Part shown: piece after piece, positions 26,042-35,984 of the stretch
Position numbering within the stretch: the stretch's first letter is position 1
Layout: every line of letters begins with the position of its first letter
NCBI GenBank assembly: GCA_035564035.1
Contig: DATMTU010000156.1
Location: 1-54,764 of the forward strand
DNA length: 54,764 nt
Direction of reading: 5' to 3'
Source: Dongiaceae bacterium
GTDB lineage: Bacteria; Patescibacteriota; Saccharimonadia; Saccharimonadales; Saccharimonadaceae
Made by a program: the position numbers and the translations under genes
Notes under the pieces: generated by a model
Database searches by the model: none
Told to the model about the DNA's origin: nothing
The model's input: only the letters and a program-made list of their open reading frames with translations

Positions 26042-26089
26042 AATTTGTACCTCTAAAGAAATCCTCAAACTATAACTAAAGGAGAAGGA

Positions 26090-26497
26090 ATGATGGAAAT
26101 TCCTTACACCGGATTGTTCTTAGCGATGCCTGATTGCCAGGAGCCTGAACCGGGCAATCTCTACCCCTTCGACGGTTTCATGGAAATGGATTTAGGCGAA
26201 AACGACTCCTCGGAACTCATCGCCATCCTTGCTAGTGATGTAACGCTCGATCGCAGTATTCCAAAACACGCAGAAGCGGGGGACTTCGGACAGCAGATTA
26301 TCTGTAACCTTCTGAACACGCTTCAATCGGCCATGGCCAAAAATCGTCATCGTCTCGCGTGTTTAGTGGTGCCGTACGGTGAGATGCAGCGATTCAGTTA
26401 TGCGCACAAAGATTTCACGGGTAACGCTATCGTACATGATTACATGAATGGTATGCGCCCTGCCGCTATATCGGGCATCAAACAAGCGCGTAACTAA
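26090..26497 (+). CDS. Hypothetical protein
   Basis: AGGAG RBS. Confidence 0.65.
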   Translation: MMEIPYTGLFLAMPDCQEPEPGNLYPFDGFMEMDLGENDSSELIAILASDVTLDRSIPKHAEAGDFGQQIICNLLNTLQSAMAKNRHRLACLVVPYGEMQRFSYAHKDFTGNAIVHDYMNGMRPAAISGIKQARN

Positions 26498-26598
26498 AAG
26501 TGCCCCTACACCCATATGGGTGTAGGGGTCTCTTATGCGTTAAACAACTTCTTTTTATATCCACATTATCCATGGAATAGCCAACCAAGGAAACCATC

Positions 26599-26982
26599 GT
26601 GTCTGTAGAAGCAGGTGAAAAAATCGATCTCTCCGATGAAGCAGCGAGGATTGTTCGTAACATCCAGGAATTACTCCCTAATCTCACAGCAAAGGATATC
26701 GTCGATGCTTTGCTGTTATCCTGCGTAACACGCGTGCATAGCACGAACATGTTTCGGGCTAACACGATCGATTATCTGGATCATCTCATCTGGTACTTCA
26801 ATCGTATCAATAGCTCGTGGGAAGGTCCGGATGGTACGGCAGATGACGGTACGGTCATTTGCAACAAAATCGTTGATCTTCTCAACGCACTTAAGCGCTG
26901 CCCGCAGGCTCTCGGTATCAGAGACCTACCGCATGTCCCTTTCCGTATTATCAACGATGGAAATCCCAATGAATCGATTTAA
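26599..26982 (+). CDS. Hypothetical protein
   Basis: AAGGA RBS; CACATTAT promoter-like motif at 26562. Confidence 0.6.
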   Translation: MSVEAGEKIDLSDEAARIVRNIQELLPNLTAKDIVDALLLSCVTRVHSTNMFRANTIDYLDHLIWYFNRINSSWEGPDGTADDGTVICNKIVDLLNALKRCPQALGIRDLPHVPFRIINDGNPNESI

Positions 26983-27472
26983 TCCACCTGGTGAGATGAC
27001 TTACCTGACGTACCACGACGGTCGTGTTTTGACCAATGCGACTTACGAACGCATCAATGCTGCCATTTGTACGGATGCGCCTGAAGTATCGGTCTTCAAG
27101 GTCAATGACAAAGGTCGATGGATTACCAACAGCTTGAAAATCGGGTTGAAGCTTTCCCAGGCTAACCGTGGATTTGCCGGCATCAACTTCCGTGATGGTA
27201 CACCCGTGGAAGGTAAATTCGTTTTCTTGAAAGACGGCACCTTCTTCCTGTTCGATGCATCCATCACCCATAGCGACATCCTGAATCTCGTGGGCGTCAC
27301 AGACAAGGTGATGGTGTTATCAGCAGGATTCTGTTACGTGTACGATACCGATATCAGCCTCCACGGCCATTCGGTGTCACTTGACTGTCGGCCACGCTTG
27401 GACGGTTACGATCTCGAAAAGATCGCCGAACATCTCTCCATTCCTCTTAAACAAAAGGTTAAGGCGTCATGA
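26969..27472 (+). CDS. Hypothetical protein (start uncertain)
   Basis: ORF with KFV...THSDI...SAGF...GHSVSL pattern seen in small phage proteins. Confidence 0.6.
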   Translation: MNRFNPPGEMTYLTYHDGRVLTNATYERINAAICTDAPEVSVFKVNDKGRWITNSLKIGLKLSQANRGFAGINFRDGTPVEGKFVFLKDGTFFLFDASITHSDILNLVGVTDKVMVLSAGFCYVYDTDISLHGHSVSLDCRPRLDGYDLEKIAEHLSIPLKQKVKAS

Positions 27473-28449
27473 CACTCAACCCCTTTAACTTCTTCAAGAA
27501 GCGTAGCACAAAGAAGGCTGCGGATGAAGCACTTGAAGCACGTGTGCTGGCTGCCAAGGCGGAGGAGAAGGAGGCCAAGTTTTACGGCGACTTCGACCTA
27601 GCAGACAAAATCGAAGAAAATATCGCCGACGTCCGTAGCACAAAAGAACATCACCGGATGGTGGATCGGTACAGAATGTTCTCTCGCGGTGTCGCTGATC
27701 TCGTGCTTACCGTCATTGCACTCCAGGGGCACGGTACACAACCGATCAAAGGCTTTCGACTGAGCGACGCCGGTGGCGCCACAGGTACGTACTCTTTCAT
27801 CCAGCGTGTGATTATCGCACTTTGGAATTCCATCACTATCGATGCCACGAATACCAAGAACGTCAAACTCATTCAGCTCACCCTCGGAGAAGGGATGGCT
27901 ACGCTGAGTTGCGGTGATGCACGGGGTGCCACTACAGAAGGCATCGTCTGGTCTGCAGTTCATCGCCACCGGAAAGAAGACGCTAGGCATATCGCCATTG
28001 CGTTGAGCACCCTCATTACGAGAGCCATCTTAGTAAGAGATAACGAGATCCGTGAGGAGGCTGTTAGCCATTGGGTGGATACATTACGAGGTCAGATGGA
28101 AGGGGCTATCGGCGATTCGCCGAATAAAGGTACCTACAAAACCATCATCCAAGTCTTTGGTGGCGAGATGACGGTGCGAATGGTTCGCGATGAGCCGGGC
28201 AGTATCGATCATTCGAATGGCCTTTTCATGCCGCCGGAGCTCTACGAAGTCATCAAGGAAGATAACTTGATGGAACTTCGGAATTCGACAGATGCCGTCG
28301 CTATGTGGTACGTGCGGAATCGTGAGCTCGGGGAAACGGGGAATAACTATACCGTCTTCCCGACTCCTAGGAAGAAGCCTCGTAAACGCAAACCGAACGG
28401 CCAGTACGCCCCTAATCCCATGAAGGGTGACACGCAGTCACCTCCGTAA
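27469..28449 (+). CDS. Hypothetical protein
   Basis: ATGA overlap, 326 aa. Confidence 0.7.
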   Translation: MTLNPFNFFKKRSTKKAADEALEARVLAAKAEEKEAKFYGDFDLADKIEENIADVRSTKEHHRMVDRYRMFSRGVADLVLTVIALQGHGTQPIKGFRLSDAGGATGTYSFIQRVIIALWNSITIDATNTKNVKLIQLTLGEGMATLSCGDARGATTEGIVWSAVHRHRKEDARHIAIALSTLITRAILVRDNEIREEAVSHWVDTLRGQMEGAIGDSPNKGTYKTIIQVFGGEMTVRMVRDEPGSIDHSNGLFMPPELYEVIKEDNLMELRNSTDAVAMWYVRNRELGETGNNYTVFPTPRKKPRKRKPNGQYAPNPMKGDTQSPP

Positions 28450-28459
28450 GGGGTTTAAA

Positions 28460-28693
28460 ATGAACGGAGTGCCTCAGGGGCCTGCGTTAGGCAACGATGA
28501 CATGGCAGACAACCAAGAGAAGTTCTTAGGTGTCCAGACGTTCAATGTGCAACAGGATTACGATAACACCGTCGATTCCGTGGGCGTGGAAGTTGCTGAA
28601 AACGCGGTAGATACATCCGTGAATCAGGGGTTTGTGAAAGATGCGCCGAACTTACCGTTCTGTCTTCCTTTCCTACCTTGCAACAAAAAGTAA
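28460..28693 (+). CDS. Small hypothetical protein
   Basis: AAGGGG RBS before ATG 28460; followed by a hairpin. Confidence 0.5.
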   Translation: MNGVPQGPALGNDDMADNQEKFLGVQTFNVQQDYDNTVDSVGVEVAENAVDTSVNQGFVKDAPNLPFCLPFLPCNKK

Positions 28694-28753
28694 TAAGGCC
28701 CTAGCACCCCTGACCGGGTGCTAGGGTTTGTATCCCCTCTTGAGGTTTCTACC

Positions 28754-29515
28754 ATGAGTAACGTCATTTCGCTCCATGTGCGCCGACAAGCGCAAGCTCG
28801 AATGGACGACATCAACGCGCTGGGCGAACTGGAGAAGTCGTACGTAGAGGTCATTGACGATTACGATCACGGTCGTGAGGATCTTTGGTATCTACGATCC
28901 ATGGTTCAGCAGTTCTTCTATTCGGTTGTCAAGATGGTGGATGAGAAGTCCGATGTCAGTCCGCCCATGAGTTTCATTCTCTGGCCGAACGAACACCAGC
29001 CTACACCCTCTCAACCGGATACATTCCGTATTTTTATCGGTACGGATAAGCATCAACCGAAAGTGGAGGTCATGCGATTCTCTGTCAAATATTTCCACAA
29101 AGACAATTTACACAGCCGCGGTGAAGGAGACCCGCGCGCGTGGCGCAATCCTGCTGAAGTGTTCAGTGAGGTCGCGTTAAACAAATTGCCGGTCGATCCT
29201 AACGTTACACCGCTTCAGTGGTGGACGGCCGATTGTATCTTGTGGGAAGCTTTCTGCGACACATTCATCCATTTGGCCGGGCCCGAGGCTTCAAAGCTCA
29301 ATCCACATCGACCTCTACGTACTGGGCATTTGGATGGCTTTACGTTTCACGCCCTTGGTGGCAGAGTGGTAGGCGACTACATGGCTCTGAGAGCGCGCAG
29401 GAGCGTCTCGGATACGCATGCGCTAGTAGTGACAGGGTTCTACGACACGCGCGCTGTGCGCGATTACCAGAAGGCTAGGGAAGAGGGGAAATCTCATGTC
29501 CGTCGAAGTGCGTAG
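28754..29515 (+). CDS. Hypothetical protein
   Basis: GAGG RBS before ATG 28754. Confidence 0.7.
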   Translation: MSNVISLHVRRQAQARMDDINALGELEKSYVEVIDDYDHGREDLWYLRSMVQQFFYSVVKMVDEKSDVSPPMSFILWPNEHQPTPSQPDTFRIFIGTDKHQPKVEVMRFSVKYFHKDNLHSRGEGDPRAWRNPAEVFSEVALNKLPVDPNVTPLQWWTADCILWEAFCDTFIHLAGPEASKLNPHRPLRTGHLDGFTFHALGGRVVGDYMALRARRSVSDTHALVVTGFYDTRAVRDYQKAREEGKSHVRRSA

Positions 29516-29888
29516 TTACCGACATATCGACAAAGGCGCAACCGACGAGACGGTACTAACCTCGTTAAACACGCTGACGCGTCGTGAATTGTTGGCACTG
29601 AAGCAGGACGCTGATCGCATTGTAGGTAAAGATACGTTTGGTTGTCTGGCGACGTGGATACTCATCATCGCCATGGCTCTAGAGGGACACGGTCTTTGGT
29701 TAGACCGATTGTTACCTTTTGGGTTCTTGGCGGCTATGGAGTGTCTGGTGATAGGTGTGCAGATGCTTCTCTTCGTTAACATCAAACGCGACCGTAAGAA
29801 ATCACGGTTCTTGGTGAGACGGGCTATTCGGATGCAGAGGTTGATCGCTAAATCCTACGAGCGATTTGAGATTACTTTGGTAGCGTAG
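29496..29888 (+). CDS. Two-TM membrane protein
   Basis: Two hydrophobic helices followed by a basic tail. Confidence 0.6.
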   Translation: MSVEVRSYRHIDKGATDETVLTSLNTLTRRELLALKQDADRIVGKDTFGCLATWILIIAMALEGHGLWLDRLLPFGFLAAMECLVIGVQMLLFVNIKRDRKKSRFLVRRAIRMQRLIAKSYERFEITLVA

Positions 29889-29972
29889 GTGAGCGAATGG
29901 ATGGTATGAGGTAGGCTTCCTAAAACCTCTTTGGGAAGCCCCTCGCATCACTCATTGCTGGGGTCAACGAGC

Positions 29973-30752
29973 ATGGCAAAAGCAACAAATAACCGCAAAC
30001 AGCAGCGGGAAGAGCGACGCGCTGCGCGTCGCAAGGGTAACATTAAGTATCAGGGTAACCTGATCACCCTCCCCCCTGTCGAACAGTTCTCGCCTGAGAA
30101 ACATGAGCTCCTTATGGAGTTCAAAGCACGAAATCCGGCGCAAGAACAGTATGCGATGCTCATCAAAAACAATACCGTCACCTTCGGGTATGGCTCAGCC
30201 GGTACCGGCAAGAGCTTCGTCGGTATTGCGCTGGCTGCTTTAGATATCAGGGAGCTAAAGAAAAAGCGGTTGATCATTACCCGTCCGATTGTGGAGGCCA
30301 AAGGTGGTGGCGCTGGACTAGGGTTTCTTCCCGGTACAGTGGAACAGAAGGTAGACCCTTACCTTAAGCCTGTCAAGGAAATTCTGGCGAAGTTCTTTAC
30401 ACCAGGTCACCTTGAATACCTCTTCAGTCATGATGTGGCGGAGTTTGCCACCCTTGAGCACATGCGAGGCCGTACGTTTGACGATAGCTACATCATCGTG
30501 GATGAAGCTCAGAACGCCACCGTGGAGCAGATGAAGTTAGTCTTGACGCGCATTGGTAGGAATACCAAGGTCGTCATTAACGGCGATACGAGGCAGACCG
30601 ATTTGACCGGGCAGAAACATGTGTCTGGATTGATCGACGCTATTCGTCGCTTTCACGGTAAAGAAGGGTTTGCATCGCATCTCTTCACACCGAAGGATGT
30701 AGTGCGCCACGACATCGTCCAGACTGTCATCGAAGCGTACGAGACAGACTAA
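29973..30752 (+). CDS. phoH: PhoH-family ATPase
   Basis: GSAGTGKS, ITRP, LGFLPG, MRGRTF, DEAQN, LTRIG, GDTRQTD, DVVRH motifs. Confidence 0.95.
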   Translation: MAKATNNRKQQREERRAARRKGNIKYQGNLITLPPVEQFSPEKHELLMEFKARNPAQEQYAMLIKNNTVTFGYGSAGTGKSFVGIALAALDIRELKKKRLIITRPIVEAKGGGAGLGFLPGTVEQKVDPYLKPVKEILAKFFTPGHLEYLFSHDVAEFATLEHMRGRTFDDSYIIVDEAQNATVEQMKLVLTRIGRNTKVVINGDTRQTDLTGQKHVSGLIDAIRRFHGKEGFASHLFTPKDVVRHDIVQTVIEAYETD

Positions 30753-30818
30753 ACCCATAACCTCCGGAGGGGCTACCCCTCCGGAGTGGTTTTATTTTCT
30801 CAATCGACAGGAAAGGTC

Positions 30819-31490
30819 ATGGCACGTTTCAAGAGTCGTCTCCAGCGTTTCAAATCCGCGCATGTGGCTGCGCAATTCGGGTTATCCACTCCGCACTACA
30901 TGATCCACCAGGCGCTCACCGAGCATTTTACTTCCAAGGCGCGTGTAGCGCCTGATGACCAGGCTTTCCAGGATGCACTCTTGTTTTTCACTCGTGCTGA
31001 AGCGGAGAAACAAGCCGTTGTTCACCCTGAGAAGAAGGGCATCGTCTCTACATCAGTCACACTCCATTGCAAGAACCATTCGCTCTTCCACCCCAACTAC
31101 GATTACTGGCTCACGATCTATTCGTCTTCGATCAATAACAAGGAGACGCAAGATCGTGCTTCAGAGCAGGAAGCGCGGTATAAATCGATTGTCAACGGTA
31201 AATGGGCGCACCACGGTCAACTGAATGCCGAAGACATGAAAAAGGGAATGAAGAGCGATATCGCTTTCGTCTTGAATGCAGCTGAACATCTCGATGTCAT
31301 TTTGCGTAAGTTGGGTGCTCAGCCCATCGGTACGCATACGGCGCATCAAGACAACCGTACCTTTGCAGCACAAGCGATCAATGAGAACGGTATCGTCACC
31401 GATGACCGCACCACATCGTTGTTGCGCAAAGATTACCTTTACGCAGGCCATTTGGTGACAGTGGTCACGAATGCTACTGTGCACAGGTAA
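30819..31490 (+). CDS. Hypothetical protein
   Basis: AGGAAAGG RBS before ATG 30819. Confidence 0.65.
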   Translation: MARFKSRLQRFKSAHVAAQFGLSTPHYMIHQALTEHFTSKARVAPDDQAFQDALLFFTRAEAEKQAVVHPEKKGIVSTSVTLHCKNHSLFHPNYDYWLTIYSSSINNKETQDRASEQEARYKSIVNGKWAHHGQLNAEDMKKGMKSDIAFVLNAAEHLDVILRKLGAQPIGTHTAHQDNRTFAAQAINENGIVTDDRTTSLLRKDYLYAGHLVTVVTNATVHR

Positions 31491-31685
31491 CGTACATAAG
31501 CCCCTCCTGTAAAGGAGGGGCGTGTATGCCGTAGTAAAAACTGAGTTACTCTATTCGTATGTCGCGTCACTCTAATCACCTTTTAAGGAGAAGCTAACTA
31601 AAATAGACCACCGCGGCTTCAGTACAGCGAAGTCGATTGGCCCATTTAGCGGCATTGTAATAGCCGTGATACCAGAGGAATCATC

Positions 31686-32300
31686 ATGCGTTATATCTTC
31701 ATTCTTCTTGCCGTGATTGTCATGGCGGGATGTGCCCCCAAAGTAGCCGTCAAAGCCTCTCAGAGCGCTTCTACGGCCGTCGCCTCTTCCACCCCTGTAG
31801 CAGTCGCTTCTGTTACGAAAATCGATCCTGCGCCTATTCCTGAGCTTTCAGTGGCGTCGGTTCCTCTTCCGCAAGATCTCGACAAACGCCAACTGACCTG
31901 CCTCGCCGATAGTATCTACTACGAAGCAAGAGGCGAAGATCTCAAAGGTCAAGAAGGTGTCGGCTACGTCGTCATGAATCGTGTTAAGGCCAGGAAATGG
32001 CCAAATACCATTTGTGGTGTCGTTTATCAATGTACGAGAGCATCGCCTCACAGCAAACGCAAGGTCTGTCAGTTTGGCTGGGCCTCCAAGAAACACCATG
32101 TCACCGATCTCAAAGCGTATGCGCATGCGCAAGATTTGGCTCGGTTGATCATGCTTGGCTTTGTGCATAACCCTATCGGGCATTGTACTTACTTCCACAG
32201 TACGGCGGAACGGACGCCACGCGGAGTCAAGTACGCCCTCCGTAAGCGAATTGACCATCACGTCTTTTACGCTTATCACGACGAGCTAGCGAAACTCTAG
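31686..32300 (+). CDS. SleB/Hydrolase_2 cell-wall hydrolase with lipoprotein signal
   Basis: CLADSIYYEARGE, VVMNRV, PNTICGVVYQ, CQFGW, IDHHVFY; N-terminal MRYIFILLAVIVMAG-C. Confidence 0.92.
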   Translation: MRYIFILLAVIVMAGCAPKVAVKASQSASTAVASSTPVAVASVTKIDPAPIPELSVASVPLPQDLDKRQLTCLADSIYYEARGEDLKGQEGVGYVVMNRVKARKWPNTICGVVYQCTRASPHSKRKVCQFGWASKKHHVTDLKAYAHAQDLARLIMLGFVHNPIGHCTYFHSTAERTPRGVKYALRKRIDHHVFYAYHDELAKL

Positions 32301-32387
32301 CCCTTTCACCCACCCCAAGCGCTTTAGCGCCAAGCTCCCCTCCCGTAATGGGAGGGGAGTTATGATCCTGCACACAAGGAGCCAACC

Positions 32388-32804
32388 GTGACTCTCGAAA
32401 GCGATTCATTGAAAGCCATCGTAACAGCATCGAGGATACGGAATAGCAATAATGCGGTGACCTCAAGTTTTTACAATGTCGCTGAACTGATGTTTGGATA
32501 TCTCCCGGATGATGAACTCCTTCATCGTTGGCAAGTATTGAGATACAGTCGCAACTTCTTTCGAATCTTCCTTGTGTTCTGGTCGGCCCTCGGCGTAACG
32601 TTTACTCTCATTGCTGGCTTGAATTGCATGAGTGATACATCAAAGATTCTACCTTCGGCTATCGCGTGTTTCATCCCGCTCTCCATCTTTGCTGGCATGA
32701 TTTATGGATACCGCCTACGGTACTGGAATCGCAACCAACGTCGTGACTACGATCTCATCCTGCTGCTTCTGAAGAAGCGTGGGTATTCGTATCTGACGGA
32801 ATAA
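32388..32804 (+). CDS. Two-TM membrane protein with N-terminal major-capsid-like peptide
   Basis: AGGAG RBS, GTG start; LKAIVTASRIRNSNNAVT vs capsid LKALITTCRIRNSNNAIT; two TM helices. Confidence 0.7.
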   Translation: MTLESDSLKAIVTASRIRNSNNAVTSSFYNVAELMFGYLPDDELLHRWQVLRYSRNFFRIFLVFWSALGVTFTLIAGLNCMSDTSKILPSAIACFIPLSIFAGMIYGYRLRYWNRNQRRDYDLILLLLKKRGYSYLTE

Positions 32805-32916
32805 AAAGAAGGGGCTCAGGCCCCCTCTTTTTTTGTACAAATAACCTGCTTTCATATGCACATCATTGACTGGATAGGTAGGAATGGTTTCTGCCTCCGC
32901 GAGACAGGAAACACTC

Positions 32917-33723
32917 ATGGATCACGCTTCTGAAAAACCTAAAGTGAAAAGCATCCCATTTAACCGTAGCTGGATAGACGCCAACGGTTTCATGACACAG
33001 GCATGGGACGCTCTTAAAGAGCACCCAGAAGTCACTGTGCTCACAGGTCATATCGATGCCGATCTAGATGAATTTACGGCCAACCGATTCGTTGAAAATC
33101 GTAGTGGCGAAAAGGTTTCGATTAAACAGTTCAGCATCGAAGCTGGAATCGTCAAACAATTCTTCACTTACAAACGGTTCTTCCAGTCATCAGTGAACTT
33201 CGGGCCGAAGGAGCCGCTAGACTACATTGCTATTCCGGCCGTGGCGATCATTCGCCCAGGAACGGTAGAAATCCACACGGACACCATTCATCCGCGAGGT
33301 CGTACGACACTTCTGGAGAAATGGATTCTTACGAGTGAGCTCCATGCGATGGGTGTTTCCCGTTATACGCATTTCAAAAGGCATGGATGGCGGATGGTTG
33401 AACGTACCGTGAATATCGGTTACCACATCTCGTCTAACGAGTGGCCTGCGAATACATACGAATTCATTCGCGAATACATCTCGCGGGTTTTTCAAGAAAT
33501 TCGTTCGCGCGGAGGGATGGAAATCGAGAATCGCGAAATGGAAGAATGGTTGAAAGAACAATGGAGGAAGGTTGGGTCTTTGCGGGGCGGGTTCACATTG
33601 ATGGACGATGCTCTTCGACTCAGCTATTCCGAAATAGTCCAGCGGTGGTATAACAAGGAAACCAACGATAAAACGTTCCAGAAAGCCTGGAACGAACTCG
33701 ACTTGGTGCTCTACGGTACCTAA
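32917..33723 (+). CDS. Hypothetical protein
   Basis: ORF after terminator and CACATCAT motif (32859); start ATG 32917 or 32884. Confidence 0.65.
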   Translation: MDHASEKPKVKSIPFNRSWIDANGFMTQAWDALKEHPEVTVLTGHIDADLDEFTANRFVENRSGEKVSIKQFSIEAGIVKQFFTYKRFFQSSVNFGPKEPLDYIAIPAVAIIRPGTVEIHTDTIHPRGRTTLLEKWILTSELHAMGVSRYTHFKRHGWRMVERTVNIGYHISSNEWPANTYEFIREYISRVFQEIRSRGGMEIENREMEEWLKEQWRKVGSLRGGFTLMDDALRLSYSEIVQRWYNKETNDKTFQKAWNELDLVLYGT

Positions 33724-33736
33724 CACAGGAGATGTC

Positions 33737-34024
33737 ATGAGTGCGACAAAAGTACCAGCGTGGCTTGCAGCAGCGGTGATGAAGATGGAGCGGTTCGTGG
33801 ATGCTTCCGTGGAGCAGCATCTGGAGGCTATCAGCCCGTCCGATATGTCCCGTCTACGTGTCGCACTGGATGCGCCGAAGCTGGGGCCTTCTCGTACGAC
33901 GGTGGAACTAACGGATAACTTCCCGGAAACGGGTTTCCGTATCGTCCAGTACCGCAACAATCAACTGCATCGCCGGTTCACGGTGAAGGCTGACCCAAAA
34001 CGATTTGGTAAGCCTGCTGTCTGA
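33737..34024 (+). CDS. Hypothetical protein
   Basis: AGGAG RBS. Confidence 0.65.
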   Translation: MSATKVPAWLAAAVMKMERFVDASVEQHLEAISPSDMSRLRVALDAPKLGPSRTTVELTDNFPETGFRIVQYRNNQLHRRFTVKADPKRFGKPAV

Positions 34025-34109
34025 TTAATCATGTGGATGAGGCCTGACGGAGAGGGTCTCCTTGGGAGACCCTCCTTATCCATTCTCATGACGACCGATA
34101 GGAACTACC

Positions 34110-34634
34110 ATGACTGACGCATCTGCAACCCCGGCACCCGCTTCTACAGAAGCCACTTCTGGTACAAAGACTATCACGCCCGTAGGTGCTCGGCGTTTCT
34201 ATTGTTTCCAGTATCAAGTTGATGAACTGGAATATTTGGGATTCTTTGACGATCTCAAGGATTGTATCGCCAAGACGGGTGTCGCTCAGAAGGGCACACC
34301 GCGTGAGCATCAGTGGCCTCTGGTCGAAACCGAAGTTAATCGCTGGATCCTTCTGGTGCGTAGCCATCCGGAAGCTACGGCGTTCTTCGCGCTCAATTAC
34401 AAGACGGGTAAACTCGAATATTTCGGTGATTATCCTGACCAGGCTGCTGCCGTAGCTGCGCGTGTGGCCAAGGGCGACCCGAATGAGGAGCAGTACGAAA
34501 TCCTCGATACCGCCAAGCTGCGCACCTGGAGGACGTATTCCTCCGACGAAGCAAAGGTACCCGTAACACCGTTCTCGTTCGACCATCACCAAAAGAATGC
34601 TCAAGCTGCTGCTGAAGTTGCTTCGGGCGCTTAA
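34110..34634 (+). CDS. Hypothetical protein with two LEYxGxx repeats (paralogue family)
   Basis: LEYLGFFDD and LEYFGDYPD units. Confidence 0.7.
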   Translation: MTDASATPAPASTEATSGTKTITPVGARRFYCFQYQVDELEYLGFFDDLKDCIAKTGVAQKGTPREHQWPLVETEVNRWILLVRSHPEATAFFALNYKTGKLEYFGDYPDQAAAVAARVAKGDPNEEQYEILDTAKLRTWRTYSSDEAKVPVTPFSFDHHQKNAQAAAEVASGA

Positions 34635-34668
34635 CACCTCTCACCTGTAACTTTTTCATGGAGTTCCC

Positions 34669-34995
34669 ATGCGTTACGCAACGTTCAACCCTGAAACCCT
34701 CGAACTTGGCCTGACCAAAGAGTTCACGAATGTGCACGAACTCAACGGTGTGGCTCGTGACAGCTTCCTACTGGACGAAAGCGACACCCGTCGCTTTCTG
34801 GAACTGGCACAGCATCACCCTGAAGAAAACAACCGATTCCTCTACGACGCCACGCGCCACATGCTGATCTGCATGGGTCGGTACGATTCGGAAGCCCGTT
34901 ACGTTGACAAGCTCACCGAAGAATATGGCTCTGACTTCCAGAATGCCGTTATCCTTCTGCCGCCGGAAACCGTACGCGGGTGGTCTCTGCAATGA
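34669..34995 (+). CDS. Hypothetical protein (possible member of the same family)
   Basis: GGAG RBS; FLYDATRHMLICMGRYDS unit. Confidence 0.65.
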   Translation: MRYATFNPETLELGLTKEFTNVHELNGVARDSFLLDESDTRRFLELAQHHPEENNRFLYDATRHMLICMGRYDSEARYVDKLTEEYGSDFQNAVILLPPETVRGWSLQ

Positions 34996-35393
34996 AGTAC
35001 ACCGTGGTGGTAGCGACGCGTGACATCATGACGCAACACCACCATGGTGTCCTGGCAACAAAAAAACTGATTGGGTGGCAGGCTCTCTTTGAGAGCCTGC
35101 TGCCTCATCTCACTGAGGATATTGATGATTCGCCGGAGGCGATGTATCAGTATATCTCCGGTTGGTACAACGACAATTTAGACGATTGTCCACTGGATCA
35201 AACCGAGTTGATGTACATCACCAACCTCTTCAGTGCACTCTTCCATCGACTCAGAGAGCGATCGGAGTCTTTCTTTGTGGAGATCCCGAAAGGGTTTGTC
35301 CACACCATCGAAATCGAACGATGGATTGGCTTTGATTTGGAGCTTGCGTTTGTTTATACACAGCCTTCCTATTCCGTAGGAAGGCAATCCTAA
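34992..35393 (+). CDS. Hypothetical protein
   Basis: ATGA overlap. Confidence 0.6.
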   Translation: MKYTVVVATRDIMTQHHHGVLATKKLIGWQALFESLLPHLTEDIDDSPEAMYQYISGWYNDNLDDCPLDQTELMYITNLFSALFHRLRERSESFFVEIPKGFVHTIEIERWIGFDLELAFVYTQPSYSVGRQS

Positions 35394-35416
35394 CTACATG
35401 TAGCAGGGGGTGCAAC

Positions 35417-35668
35417 GTGTCAGGAACTGAAGCGTATCTCGCAGTTAGCAGCGCCAAGTTCAAGAGTTTGGAGGAGGCGGATTCGTCGCTGAACCAAGTG
35501 TCCCACGAATCCGGATTTGTCTTTGGGTATGTGGACAAAGAAAAGATGCGGCATGTCAGTTTCTTCCAAGGGAAGGATCTTTCGAAGCTGGGTGAAGAGG
35601 AATCTTTTACCACAGTCAAAGGGATCCGTCGTCAAGTTGAGTTGAGCCGGTTGCTCGCAACCGCCTAA
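35417..35668 (+). CDS. Small hypothetical protein
   Basis: AGGGGG RBS, GTG start. Confidence 0.55.
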   Translation: MSGTEAYLAVSSAKFKSLEEADSSLNQVSHESGFVFGYVDKEKMRHVSFFQGKDLSKLGEEESFTTVKGIRRQVELSRLLATA

Positions 35669-35711
35669 TTTCAACTGTCACTGCCAACCGAAGCAAGAGG
35701 GGGTTTCACCA

Positions 35712-35972
35712 ATGAGCAATCGTAACGGGCAGTTCAGTGTGTCCTATATGGCACGCCATATGTCATCGCACGAAGATGGGGTCTACCGTGCGAAAGGACG
35801 TGGTAAGCAAGTCGCAAGGAATCGTCGAACGGACGCATTCGAAGCGGAGTTCAATCCGAAGCTGCAAGCGGAACCGACTACTACACACCACCATTTCACT
35901 TCTCATCAACCTCAAGCCGTGCTCATGAAGACCATGCGCAACGGTAAGAAGGTGTTCACCGTCAAGCGCTAA
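35712..35972 (+). CDS. Small basic hypothetical protein
   Basis: GAGGGG RBS. Confidence 0.55.
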   Translation: MSNRNGQFSVSYMARHMSSHEDGVYRAKGRGKQVARNRRTDAFEAEFNPKLQAEPTTTHHHFTSHQPQAVLMKTMRNGKKVFTVKR

Positions 35973-35984
35973 GGAAAACTGATC

